NCBI GenBank assembly: GCA_051362555.1
Contig: CM120640.1
Span: forward strand, 33,623,967 to 33,687,966
Direction: 5' to 3'
From: Lingula anatina
Lineage: Eukaryota; Animalia; Brachiopoda
DNA length: 64,000 nucleotides
Every line of letters starts with the position of its first letter. Within the stretch, counting starts at the first letter, position 1. Below, piece by piece: positions 1 to 12,100 of the stretch. The translations under genes were made by a program, and so were the position numbers. Under the pieces are notes generated by a model that was not told the DNA's origin, made no database searches, and was given only the letters and a program-made list of their open reading frames with translations.

Positions 1-202
1 GACAGGAAAATCTTGTACAGATAACCACTTGCGTGTAATGGAATTAGTAATAGTAATAAATGCATTTCTGATAAGGATGCTCTTTCAGTATCGAGTTACC
101 GAGGGCACCAGATACCGGTACAGTACATATTCTACAAGACAGACAGGACATTCCCATGTTCAACAGGCTTTAGAATTCAATATATAACAATACGCCACTT
201 AC

Positions 203-249
203 CTGTTATAGATGTCTTTTTTTCGTGCTCTGAAATTATTGGCGAACAT
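203..249 (-). other. Candidate 5' exon of a gene running off the left edge (possible start MFANNFRARKKDIYN)
   Basis: Perfect minus-strand donor CAG|GTAAGT (acttacctg at 197-205) with an ATG at 249; no homology recognised. Confidence 0.25.
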
Positions 250-310
250 TCACTCCTGTTCTGAAAAAGCACCCCAAGTGTTTCATTTGACTGAAGTGTG
301 TTGGCGTTAC

Positions 311-554
311 TAGGGGGTCCCTTGGGGGAGGGGGAGTAGTGATCACAGTTCACAGCAAATAAAATATCAATTCACAAATCACTGGAAGATAAAATTTATT
401 CACCACCAGTTATTCTTCCATGTAAGAAATGCATTCACGAATCACGGGAATGGGGTGCTTCACGAATCATTCTAAATATAATGAATGTTTCACGCAACAC
501 GGGAAATAAAAAGTGGCTTCGCTGATAACGAAAGTACCCAATGAGACCCTCCTA
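311..554. mobile_element. MITE-like element with internal TTCACGAATCAC-type repeats
   Basis: Imperfect terminal inverted repeats tagggggtcccttgggg / cccaatgagaccctccta; repeated internal ttcac(g/a)aatcac motifs. Confidence 0.45.
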
Positions 555-565
555 CGAGTCTCTCT

Positions 566-574
<9 letters not shown>

Positions 575-623
<49 letters not shown>
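575..623. repeat. (CT)n(GT)n microsatellite
   Basis: Direct observation. Confidence 0.95.
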
Positions 624-624
<1 letters not shown>

Positions 625-1154
625 ATTGCCGATTGAGATTGAGAGATAAATATGACAGAATCGTTTATAGAAAATACATCGCTGAGAATGTAATTAAGCA
701 CGTCCTGATGAATTTCACCTCCGTGTAAAAGAAAGACAAATCGTTGTACGAATGGTTTTTTTCGCAAAATACTGATCACGTTTACAACGATTTTCATCAA
801 AGTTCCAATGGCCAACTCTACAACTTAAAATTTTTTTCTCCCTGAATTTCTCACGGGATAAACAAAATTAAGTATTATTTATATCCAAATGAATCTTTGT
901 GTTTTAGTCCTTGCTTCGATAATGAATGATTGAAATATGGCACATTGATGCCATATAACATAAATAAATCACGAAGATCGCCCCTATGCTCTTTTAAAGC
1001 ACACTGCATGCATTAAAAATTCATATAGCAAATAAGGGAGATGAAAATCGATGAATTTCACTCTTGACGGTGAAAATGAAAATTTACACCTTGATAAACA
1101 GTGTTATAGATCACACGTGCTTTTAAGGAAAATGTTGAAATGTCTAGGAAAATC

Positions 1155-1155
<1 letters not shown>

Positions 1156-1229
<74 letters not shown>
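1156..1229. repeat. (ATT)n microsatellite
   Basis: Direct observation; source of the poly-Ile ORFs. Confidence 0.95.
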
Positions 1230-1231
1230 CA

Positions 1232-1421
1232 TCAGTGACGGATTAAGAGGGGGGTCAGGGGGGTCCTGACCCCCCTCTTCGATTTCTAAAAAAAAATCAC
1301 ACCGCTTGAAATTATAATTTTTTAAGCGGCCCCCGGACCCCACTCCAAAGAGGGGGGGGGGGGGGAAGGTCGGCTTCGCATCCACGAACCCATCCTTCAA
1401 ATAATCCTGGATCCGCCCCTG
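1232..1421. mobile_element. Short non-autonomous DNA element (CAGTG.CGGAT ... GGATCCGCCCCTG family)
   Basis: TIRs cagtgacggatt / ggatccgcccctg; the right half recurs at about 23444-23535 (ttcgcat...cttcaaataatcctggatccgcccct). Confidence 0.65.
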
Positions 1422-1422
1422 A

Positions 1423-1515
1423 GTAGGCACCAGTGTTGTGAACCCTTACCACACGTGAAAAACCTGGGTGTCTACATTGACTCCACACTCTCCATGGATA
1501 GACATCAAATATCAC
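1423..1515 (+). mobile_element. L2/CR1-type LINE reverse transcriptase fragment
   Basis: From 1455 translates VKNLGVYIDSTLSMDRH, matching the KxLGVxxDxxLsxxxH motif at the end of CR1/L2 RT. Confidence 0.6.
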
Positions 1516-1651
1516 TCAACAATGTACATTGTACTATATATTTTAATATCTCAACATCTTAACTATTTATTTTTTGATTTTATTCATCTTATTCTGTTCA
1601 TTTTACCCCTCTAAAGTCTTCTGAAAATTTTATATGTAATTCAAACTATAA

Positions 1652-1682
<31 letters not shown>

Positions 1683-1761
1683 GAAAAGGTGTGAGAATCT
1701 GCGTGAGGTGGGACTTGGTTTCTTTATGTAAATTGTTTTTTAAAAGGAGTCAGTTCGGGTG

Positions 1762-2302
1762 GTTGGCGATGCAGTTCCAAATAGTATTGTTTTCACTTAC
1801 GTTCATAAAAAAAGCCCAATATAACCACTCTGCATCTCTACCATCTAAAAAGCGACCCATATTTAGGAGAATTAGAAATTTCTATAAGGAGAGATTGAGT
1901 ACAGGCCAAGATACCATTCTAAACAGGAATAATCGAGACATCGGCGATGGCACAGTGATAAGGACGTCGGGTTCCCAAACCAAATGTGTCGGGTTCAATG
2001 CCCATGTTGGACGTGTAATTTTCTTTTGTTTACGTGTGTTTTAAATATTTTAATTTCAAGGTAAAGAGTACAGGTAAATAAGCCAAGAAATGCAGGTGTC
2101 ATTGTGTCCTCGTCTTTGGCGCAATGGGTAGCGCACCTATATGGTTACGAAGCCTTCTTCGACGCCGACAGACACGAAGACGCCTGGAGTAGGTTACGTG
2201 TAGGCCAGGCTAGGTGTAAGTTAGGTCAGGCTAAAGTGTAGGTCAGCCTAGGAATAGCCTAGGAGTGAGCTAGGAGTAGGATAAAACTTAGAAAACCAAA
2301 TA
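1762..2302 (+). repeat. Dispersed ~540 bp repeat with two tRNA-like modules, copy 1
   Basis: Collinear with 22444-22974; tRNA-like segments at about 1941-2010 and 2109-2215. Confidence 0.8.
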
Positions 2303-3230
2303 AAAAAGATGACTTATATTTTTTTCTGACATTTCCAGTTTGGTGTTTGGATTAATTTAATGTTGTGGTGCAGTGTGTGACTTTGGACTTTCTTTGATAA
2401 TTTTTATTAATACGAAAAGGAGTCCACATTTATCGATATACGCACTGAACAGGTTTATAATACTGAATACATAAATAAGTAGATAGATTCATATAAAGAT
2501 TAATGTGTAAAAGAAAAGAAAAGAAAAGAATAAAAAGATAGTTGATGAGAAAAAAGGATATATGAGAAGCAGGATTTATTTAGAAAAGGGAGTAGGAATA
2601 AAAGTTATAAAATGAAAAATAAGAAGGTAATACGAATATCACCCCATATGTCTTAAAAAGGACCTGGATCCATAACGCTTATTCGAGGGAAGCAGGCCTT
2701 CTGGTATTTTCATACGTGGATAGCCGAATATTCATTCGATTTCCTAATGCGTGCATAGTTTTAAAACGCAGTTAATTAGTCCTCTGCCTTACAGATATAT
2801 GCCATCAAAAAACTCGGTTAAGTAAAATTTTAATATCTTAAAAGGCTTAAAAGTACTAAGGTTTCAACGTATCGCTTTTCAATTACGCGAGATTTTATCT
2901 CATAGGATATCGATACGAAAGCAAGGAACGTCAGGGCCTCGAGAAAGCAACCATTGTTGCACCCTGATTTTCACATGACACTAATTTAAGATCTACTATC
3001 AGCGTACCTCTGCTGTTTCCGGATACTACATAAAGAAGTGCGCACAGAGGTGCGCTTTCAATGTCCTCTGAAACTCAGAGTACATGTACCTTCATTCAAA
3101 CTCCTGGTGATTGTTCAGTGATAACGCTAAGTGAGTAAGCAAGCCACTGGAAAATTGATTCACACACAAAAAAGTATGGCTTCATTGTGAAAATAACTTT
3201 CTTTCATCTGGTATAAAAGCGGAATATATA

Positions 3231-3760
3231 CAGGCTTGGTCAAAAAAAGGTTGTCCCACCATAAATCTCGTGTGTTTTTTGTTTACAAATGATCACCTCA
3301 CATCTGTATTTACCGTTTTGAACAGTGTTTTTAATTCCAGATACCATGTTTAAGATGACTCACGGTACAGCAAAAACAAATAAAAATACCGATGAATATA
3401 GCCATACTTCATCCCATGCTTTTATATTTTAGACCATGCACCACCTCAAATCTCGGGAATCTGATGTTCCACAGTGATTTCCAGGGAGGTAAAATCAAAT
3501 GTCTATAAAATTAAAAGACACCACCAAATGTCACCTAATTTACACACAATGAGCATCAGCATGTGCTCGTTAAACGCCACGTGCTGCGTGACATGCCTTC
3601 AACAAGTACACGAATTTGGTTATGTAGAAAATTGTCCCATTCTTCCAAAAGACCCTGCATGGTGGAGTTGGACCAGATTATTAGGGGACTGGTTCTCCTG
3701 TGCATTGCACACTCTCATTCATGCCACACTCCCATTGGAGCCTGTTTTGTTTAACTGCAC
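3231..3760 (-). mobile_element. Internally deleted Tc1/mariner relic
   Basis: TA|CAGGCTTGGTCAAAAAAAGGTTGTCCCACC end at 3231; minus strand about 3555-3700 reads, with a frameshift, PNNLVQL..LLEEWDNFLHNQIRVLVEGMSR, like a Tc1 transposase C-terminus. The other end was not located. Confidence 0.6.
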
Positions 3761-3899
3761 GTGTTTTTATTAATTGTCCACATGCTTTTAATGACACATT
3801 ATTATGAAGGAATGTTAGCCACCAATGAAGGCAAGGTGCATTTTGCACCTCATTATCAATAAATAACGAGAACCATCTGGATGTTTTTGATTAAAATAC

Positions 3900-4732
3900 T
3901 GACGTCAGTGACGGAAGGAAAGACGTATTACCGTACAAAAATAAGGTGAAAAGTGAAAAAAGTTCGAATATGATACTTCATGCGGATCCAGAGGAAAACG
4001 GATACGTCTTTTTCCTCTTGTCACAGAGATAAAAGATTCACTGAGTTACAGTAAAACGTGTCATATACCTTAAAACGTATGAAATTGTAGTACACCATTT
4101 TTTCTAATTAAAGAGAGGCAATTATTATTTCTCTTCCCAATTCATGACATCCAGGGTCTGCAATGTTAGGTTTAAAATGACTATCAAAATGTTCCCTTTA
4201 TAACGCGATCCTTTTGAATGGTTGAGTAGATCAGATAGTGAGATTATAATTTTCTAGGGACATGCTATCTACAGTGCAGCAGGTAGGCTAATGCAGGAGG
4301 CTACACGGGAGTCGTGTGTCACTGACGTTATGCTGGTTGCACGATATCAAATAAATGTTATTAATGCAAGCCACACTTAGTGAAGTGTGAAGCAAACATA
4401 ATCGACTGATAACAGGCCGTCTCTAATGGATCTCAGTCCGTTGTTATATACTTCACTCAACCCCTTTCTACTTTCCAGGCAGCCGACGACGTCACAGTCG
4501 CAGCGCGCACGCTACCGTTATTAATATTTCACACATCGTCGTGAACACTCGTCGGAGAGGAAGGCAGAGACAGCGTTTGCATTTTGTTGATGTTTGTATA
4601 CTTGTAGGGCTAGTTAATGATACACGACAATAATACAGCACTAAACAACAGGCAGCAGATTTCGCTCTAACTCGATTGAAGAGTGAAAGTGACTTTTTTC
4701 ATCGTGAACTGACATGTTGAACGGAAGCTCAG
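3900..4732 (+). promoter_or_regulatory. Probable promoter and non-coding first exon of the C2CD4-like gene
   Basis: Full CRE TGACGTCA at 3900, half sites at 4323 and 4490, CpG-rich, donor CAG|GTAAGT after 4732; acceptor at 15590 lies 50 nt before the ATG. The pairing of donor and acceptor is inference. Confidence 0.45.
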
Positions 4733-5739
4733 GTAAGTATAGTTATTAGGTTACTTCGGAATTCGTTAATTAATGTCATAGAAAATGGATTCCATGCAGC
4801 AGATGCAATGGGTGTTTCAGGCACTAAAAGCACTTTAACAGAGGACTGGTATTTCACAAGGCAAACTAATAGTCAACTAGCAACAGCCATTGCTAAGCAT
4901 AATTGAAAAAAGCTCATCAGTTGTCTGCTTGTAGGGGAGAGGGAAGTTGAAGTTCTTTTTATTATTCAAATGATAATTACAAACTGTGCCTCGTGTATAA
5001 TATAAACAACTCCAATGGTGAAATATTTTATTTATTTATTACAATTGTGATACGAAGATCATTTACGTTTAAAAACGGCTCGCACCTGTCGGAGTCGCAA
5101 GTAAAAGCACTGTACCAATGGGTTTCCCCAAGGTCCGTCTAGATCGAGTTCAAACCGCGCCTCCAGACGACCAGCTTGGATCACCTAGGATTAAGATATG
5201 TATAAATATAATTCATCTGGTTGACTATACCGAGTGAATAGGGTCATTAATTCAATGCTGGCATGTATTTGCCGTTAACTCTTGTCTGGGGCGTTTTCTA
5301 GCTTTTATTTCAACGAGAATGAGTCAATAGGATGGCACTCTCGTACCAGTGTGTGCTTGAAGAAATGTGTAATTTGATACCTGTATTGATTTTTGACAGT
5401 TTTTAACCCAGGAAGGCAGAATATCATATCTGACTGCCTCTGGTGTCAAACGAAATTCGTGAAGGTAAACTCGAACATTGGCCGTTCCAGGCTTCTGCAA
5501 AGGGACACAAGGATAAAAAAGCCTCACTTTGCTCGACATAAATAAAATAGTAGGCGAGGACAATTTCACTATATATGCTAGGCACAAGGATGAAAATTAT
5601 TCGGTTTAATATCGTTTCTCTCGCTATACTGTTTTTTAATGGGGAAGAGGGGAGAAGTGGGAGAAGGAGAAGATAACTAAAAAAATTAGGGGAGGGACAC
5701 GTGGCCGCTCTACCCACGTCTGGACACGTCAGTGACTAG

Positions 5740-6193
5740 GGGGTCATTCCCAATGTAACTGTCGGTCTGCGTAGATCGATCCAACTCCGCGGGAACTCTT
5801 TCTGAATGCAATCACTTAGATTAACACGCCACCTCTTGTTTCCTACTTGTATAATCAACATCTTTTCTGTATATTCTACTCAACGCCAGGAGGAGACGCG
5901 TCAATCTGTATCTGATTGCATTCAGCGATAGTCCCCGCGGAGTTGGATCGATCTACGTTGACAGATACACCCCATTTCCATAGATTTTTAGATCGATCTA
6001 TCCCTGTGGGGAGTCTCACTAGATTACTGTCGGCTTGGCTGGCTTAAGCGTCTGTCCCGCATACTAAAAGCTGCAAGGGGGTAATTAACTATGGTGCCCG
6101 CTCGACTGACTGCAATTTAGCGTGAACCCCCAGGGAGTTAGGTCGATCTAAATCTTAATCTCTAGATCGATCTAAATCTGTGGGAAAGCACCC
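5740..6193. mobile_element. Composite MITE with AGATCGATC repeats (Harbinger/Tourist-like)
   Basis: Ends gggtcattccca / tgggaaagcaccc; internal inverted repeat 5770-5813 vs 5913-5957; the second half matches the reverse complement of 32703-32918. Confidence 0.75.
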
Positions 6194-9100
6194 ATAGTTT
6201 TTATGGGATTGAGCCCTATGTCAGTGTATGGAGGACCGCCATCATCAGGTATACAGACCTATCACCTGAATTTATTCCCATTGTTATTGTTTGAACTGAT
6301 TTCATTTTCTCAGTGAACCTCCTTTTTATAAGTTCATCTTCTGATATTACAGTCCCTCCCTTACCGTCTGAGGTCCTTTTTTTATATAAATTCCTCTTTT
6401 GATATAAATTCAAAAGGATCTAACGAAACAATCTATATAAAATCAACGAGCCATGAAATAAGTTTTCGTCTTTAATCATGCTAATCATACTAAGGATGCC
6501 TTTCAAAATCAGTTGTTCATTACAAGTAGGTTATTAGAGGTAAATGATGTGTGTAACAAGTAAAAATCTGTAAAATGAATATCTTATTGTTGGTTTACAG
6601 AATTTGGCGCCATACGGCACACCTTTATTCAATAGAATACACAGATAGACCTAGATATAGTACGTACCACAATATATATAAAAGAGTTTCTGTCGACATT
6701 ATGCTGGCATGTCTTATACAAATTCACACAATAGGAACTGATTATTATTATCGAAAAGTTTTTTTTCATATTTGTTTAATGACTGCCCACCACCTTCTTT
6801 CTCGATAAACCGATCACGCAGTTTTCCTATTATGATTTATTTAAGGCTATGTTGGAATGATTATTGTATTTTTCATAATATAGGGGTCTCCTTTATTTTG
6901 TGTAAATAACATCAATGCCTAAAAGCGTACATGTTGTCACTTCGCTAAGTGGAGTGACGCAGACTGTCTTTGCAGCATGTGCCAGTTTGTTTTTCATTAC
7001 ATAAAATCGCAATGTGCTATGCCTCACCTTGGCAAATGAATGTTATTCAAATAAAACTAATGATCATACCACAGAAAACGTCACTGGTAGCAAGTTCAAA
7101 GATGTTCAGTTTTGAATAGATAGATTATTGCCGAGGGATTGGTGACGTGGTGTTTCCGGACGGAATTTAACTGTAGCCAAGTGGTTCCAAAGGTCATGAT
7201 TAGACCGCTCTTTGTCGCGACATGAATCTGTGATACAAACAATTTTTTGTTTGTTTTCACTTTTGCGATTCAACGTCATGATAATGTTCAAAAATCAATT
7301 TCCGCTTCTTCATCAGCGTGGCTTTATCAACCTTATGTCATTTTATGCAAGATTTGCGAAAACTATGGGGAGAGTAAAATAATAGGCTTAACGCTTCCAC
7401 GTCAGCAGAGCTATCATATAATTTAAAACTAATCAGAACTCTGATTGCTGTGGTAAAGAAGATCAACTTTACACAAGCTGCTGTCTTTATCCAGAGCCTA
7501 AAAACGAAGAAATTATCTGAAAAACGGCAATCGATGGTGTATGATGCTGTTTTTTGGGGTGCAAACTGCTACCATGGTTCAAAAACTGCCAGTTGCCTCC
7601 AATATGATTGGTTAAAGTACAAAATAAACAAAGAGGTATTTCATTAAAATGAAAGAAGTCTAAAAGATCATCAAGGACATGCAGCCTTTGTGCTGCATTC
7701 AAAAGCTGACAAAAACATCTGAGATTGAACACAAGAAGCCGTCTATGAGCACGGAGCATCAAAACAGCAGGTACAGTAGCAATAATGAAATGAACGATGA
7801 CCAATGTACAGAGGACCAGTACTTTCGTGAGAGGGCAGTAAAAAAAAGGGCAGGTTAGAAATATAATAGAATGTGTGTGAGTGTTATGCATGTTCGTTGC
7901 AGTTGAATATGTTTTCATTAGGCCGTTTTTCGTTTGGTTTGAAACGAAGGTACATTCTACCTTAAACTGATTAAAATGACAAGAAGATACTGCCTACTTT
8001 CCACATACCTCTTAAATATCGAGGATGCATTGTTGTTTTTTGTAGACAATTGTCCTTAGAGTTGTATTTTAGTTGTGTGGTACTAGTCACATACGTATGA
8101 AGGCCTGTCAAACAACTAATTGTATTCCATTTTATTATGTTATTGGCAATGGTGAAGAAAACCATGACAGGTTAACTAACACCTTCCAAATCCTCAACCG
8201 TAGTGAATGTGTTTGTTACATTACCACAATGGATGTATTTCGTTACACGTTATAAGACGGCAACTTTAGGTGTGTTTATATATGTCAAATAAGAGGGCGA
8301 TGAAAGGTACCAAGGCAGGGAGATAGCACAAAATGTAGCCGATACCCCTCAACCGTATCGATCGTCAAAAAGATTATTTGTCATGTTACAAGACGAGACT
8401 GTTACCACGGCTGTCATTGCTTTTGTAATACAAGTTATACCAGGGACGCCTCTGCTCTTGTTAATACATTTCCATGCACACCTATAGTTAGCTTGAAACC
8501 AGCTGGATCAACTGGATCAGTTAATACGCGGTTAATGAAGTCATCAGGTGATCGGGGATTGAAGAATGTTATAATTATAATGAGTGCAATTCACCTGGAA
8601 TGACTGGCTAGAACGCAAGTCTTACCTGTCTGATATGTAACACAAATTACAGGCAAGGTACATGACAAACAGGAATGTAATTAAAACTCTTTAATTAACT
8701 ATTTGCGTGCTGATAGGTTTCATAACAAGGCCAAATATTTCAAATGTTTCCTGTCGTGATACAAACTTCAAGGCTGCACTTACATGATTCAAAGGCAAAT
8801 TTCAACTTCGGTTATGAAATGTACTGAAATGGTTAGGAAGAATTTTGTTAAAGCTGTTTAGGGAATAATGTGAAGTTCCCATGAAAACCAATACAGGTGA
8901 ACAATAAAACGAATTTAAACATTTGCTCAGACCTCATGAACAAACCCCAGAAACACCAATATATTTAAATATATATTTATATATATATTCGAACACCACG
9001 ACACTTTACACAGCAACGCTCTAGTTAGCCACCAGAATCATATTTAATTGCACAGCTAATAAACTATCTACATCATTTCCTAAAGTAATTGCCCCTAGCG

Positions 9101-12100
9101 TATGGGCATATAAACCGTGACATCAGCGTTTGTCATACTTAGAGTGGAATCAGGCAAAAAACTGAGAATGCAGCCAATATAATACCAGGCCGGATGAGTT
9201 GACACACAGTAAACGTGAAAAAAGAAGGACACGAATGATCATATGGAATGCTAAAGAAAAGGTTAGTGCAAAAAAAATGTCAGTAGTGATTTGTCATTGA
9301 CCTTTTATAGGTGGATTTGTCTGTTTTGTCGGCAGGGATACATTTTCTGTAATACCTTAAAGTAATTTTGAAGTCACCTAGATCCTATCTCTATATCAGA
9401 TGAACTGAAGAACAATTTTTTGGCTGGACTGCCTTCGTCTTTGTTAGATTATATGCAAATGTTAACTCCATAGTTAAGACTGAGAGGCATATATCTTCTT
9501 AGCAAATTGAAATTAACATGAACATGCTAATATACTGGTTTCCTTCAAGTTTAACGAACAGTAAATTGAGGAAAGAACCTGTTAGTTCAGCTACAATCTG
9601 TATACTGGGCCCTCACAATATTACTAACCACGTTAAGCTGGTATATTGATACAAATCAGATGGCTGTTAGTATATAGCCTGCGAAATGTTTTTTGGTTTA
9701 TTATTAAAATATTATGAAACACAATCGGCGATGCAGGACGTCAATACGGTTATAACAAAAGGGTATTGAAGTTAACCTTCTTCTCGTCAATCTAGAAGTC
9801 ACTGTTCATGATTGGTATTGGAGGGAGATAGGAATAGATAGAATGATAATTAATATATGGCAGTGTCCATTTTAACTCTTGGCACTGTAGTCTTTTAAGA
9901 TAGTAGCCTATAGATAATGTTTGTTTTCACTTCGCTGCTACGTCAGATCTAGATGTACTACAGAAGAAATATGACGACGTGAGGGTCCGGTTTAAAGTAA
10001 GTGGACAATTTTAAGATCTTTGATCCTTCAAGCAACCATAGAGTCAACCAAATGTATACTTGTATTACCTCTTTCTTCATGCCTTGTCAGCGCACGGTGT
10101 TTTCAAACAAAAAAGCTAATTTGGTCCTATTGTATAGTAAAAGTGGAAAGATATCGTGATAACATTTTTTCAGTGCATTTTTTCTGTTTGCAAATAGTTT
10201 GTTGCCACCGCAACGTTCATGCGAGCGTCAGAACTCCATTGTTGAGTATAGGATTTCATAAACATCGCAGGATAATCGTCACGAGATATAATATTCAAAG
10301 AGCCGTAAAGCTCCTAACTCTGATGTAGAACTACCATAAGGGCTATCAATATGAAAAAACTTCGTTCCGACACTATTTGATATTCGCCTCTGCTCAATAT
10401 GGTTATGGAATTCATACATGTATAAAATTTGCTGAAAACTGATGATTAAATCCGGCCAAGGTTATTCCACTTTGTTTAATTACCCCAGTTGTGCTCTAAA
10501 TCGCATATATTTGAAAACTGCGAAGTTATTTGAAAATAATCGACTTGTTGGACAATGATACCTGCATCCACGTCTCCACAATGATTGGTTTTTATATGAG
10601 GACGAGAGTTATACTAGATGCCGGATTAATCGACCAGCAGTTTAAAAGTGCATTATATAATTGCTCTCACGCTTTCAAAGTTAAAACAATTACCAATCCC
10701 CTTTAGGGATGGTTTGAAGTAGAAATTTTGTTGCTGTGTATTATTACTTGGATGATCCCCTCTTTCAATTCCTACTAGACCATCAGCATCAATAATTTCA
10801 TCAGCTGTGTTATGTAGCCATGGTTCTAATAATAGATTTTTCCAACAATAGCCAAAGGCAAATTTATTATCACTCCCATATTCCAGTATTTCGAATGTCT
10901 ACCAACGACGCCTTCATTAGGGACTGAGGCTGTGGCTGTCAAAGTAGCCCCCACATAAACGCGCACTTCGTATTAAACGCATTCAAAATTTTACTATCCG
11001 AAAAAAATGTCTTAATCGAATGCAGCGTCTAGTCGACAGTGTCTTCTAAATCTTCAAATCATTTGGTCTTGTGCCAGATTGCTGTTCAGATTTTATTGTC
11101 CGTGTGACGTGTGATATATTATTGATAGCTTGTTGATTGGCCGACCAGGGAAATTTCGCCAACTTGAAGAAAAGCCTACACTGTACAACAATTCGTTTTC
11201 TCTCGAGGGGCCGCGTTTTGGATCGGTATGAACCTACCATTCCACACTTGGGTTTATCAACTTTGATCAACACACAGAAGAATCAATTTAACAATATTTT
11301 TTATTGTTGTTGTTGTTGCAAATTATGAAGGTTTCAAAGAACTCCCGCCCTTTTCTGATTGTTTTTGCTTTTACAATAGATTTACAATGGCCTACTTCTT
11401 GAGAGGAAGTGGTGACGTACATCATGCATGGCATTATTTGACATATATCCATTGACGTAGTAGCTATATCTGCATCTTTACACAAGGCATGCGATGCCGG
11501 AGCTCCTTCTTCAAAACTGAACTGCCTTGTTAAGTAATTGAGGACCCGATTTCCTTATAGGCTATTTACCGGTCGGTGTATCAGTTTAACGGAACGGATG
11601 AACAAGCTTAAAAATAGTTTTCTCCCTCCCACAGCCAACATATTTGACACGACTCAAGTAACCTATTAATTCGTCTAAATCTGTCTATTAATAATGGTAA
11701 TTGCTGATATTGTAGGTGTATGGCCTATTCCACAGATATGTCACATTTGGTCCAACGTGTTTATCCACCTAGTCTGAATCTCACGAAACTGCATTTTCGT
11801 TTGGTTTTATAAAAAAAGTATGTACAGATAGCCATGAAAAACATTTCAAAAATAAAATACGCGTTTTTGTGTGCGACTCTACAAAATGCAAATGGACGAG
11901 TCAGATACAGATATAAAAGTAAATTTTCATTCAACGTTTTTTGCGTCCCAAAACATTATCGTACCAGTTTACAACGCAACAACACAAAAGTGTCGGTTGT
12001 GTCATTGGCTTTCCTAGCGACAAAACTGATAACGCCATGTTCTTTTTTAATTTGGTTTCCAAACAGCATAAAAGTATACATGTATCTCTCAATTATTGGT

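Noticed and set aside
513-1430. ORFs with poly-SL, poly-ER and poly-I
   Set aside because: Translations of microsatellites.
1941-2010. Functional tRNA-Gly gene
   Set aside because: Acceptor and T stems do not pair well in either copy; tRNA-derived at most.
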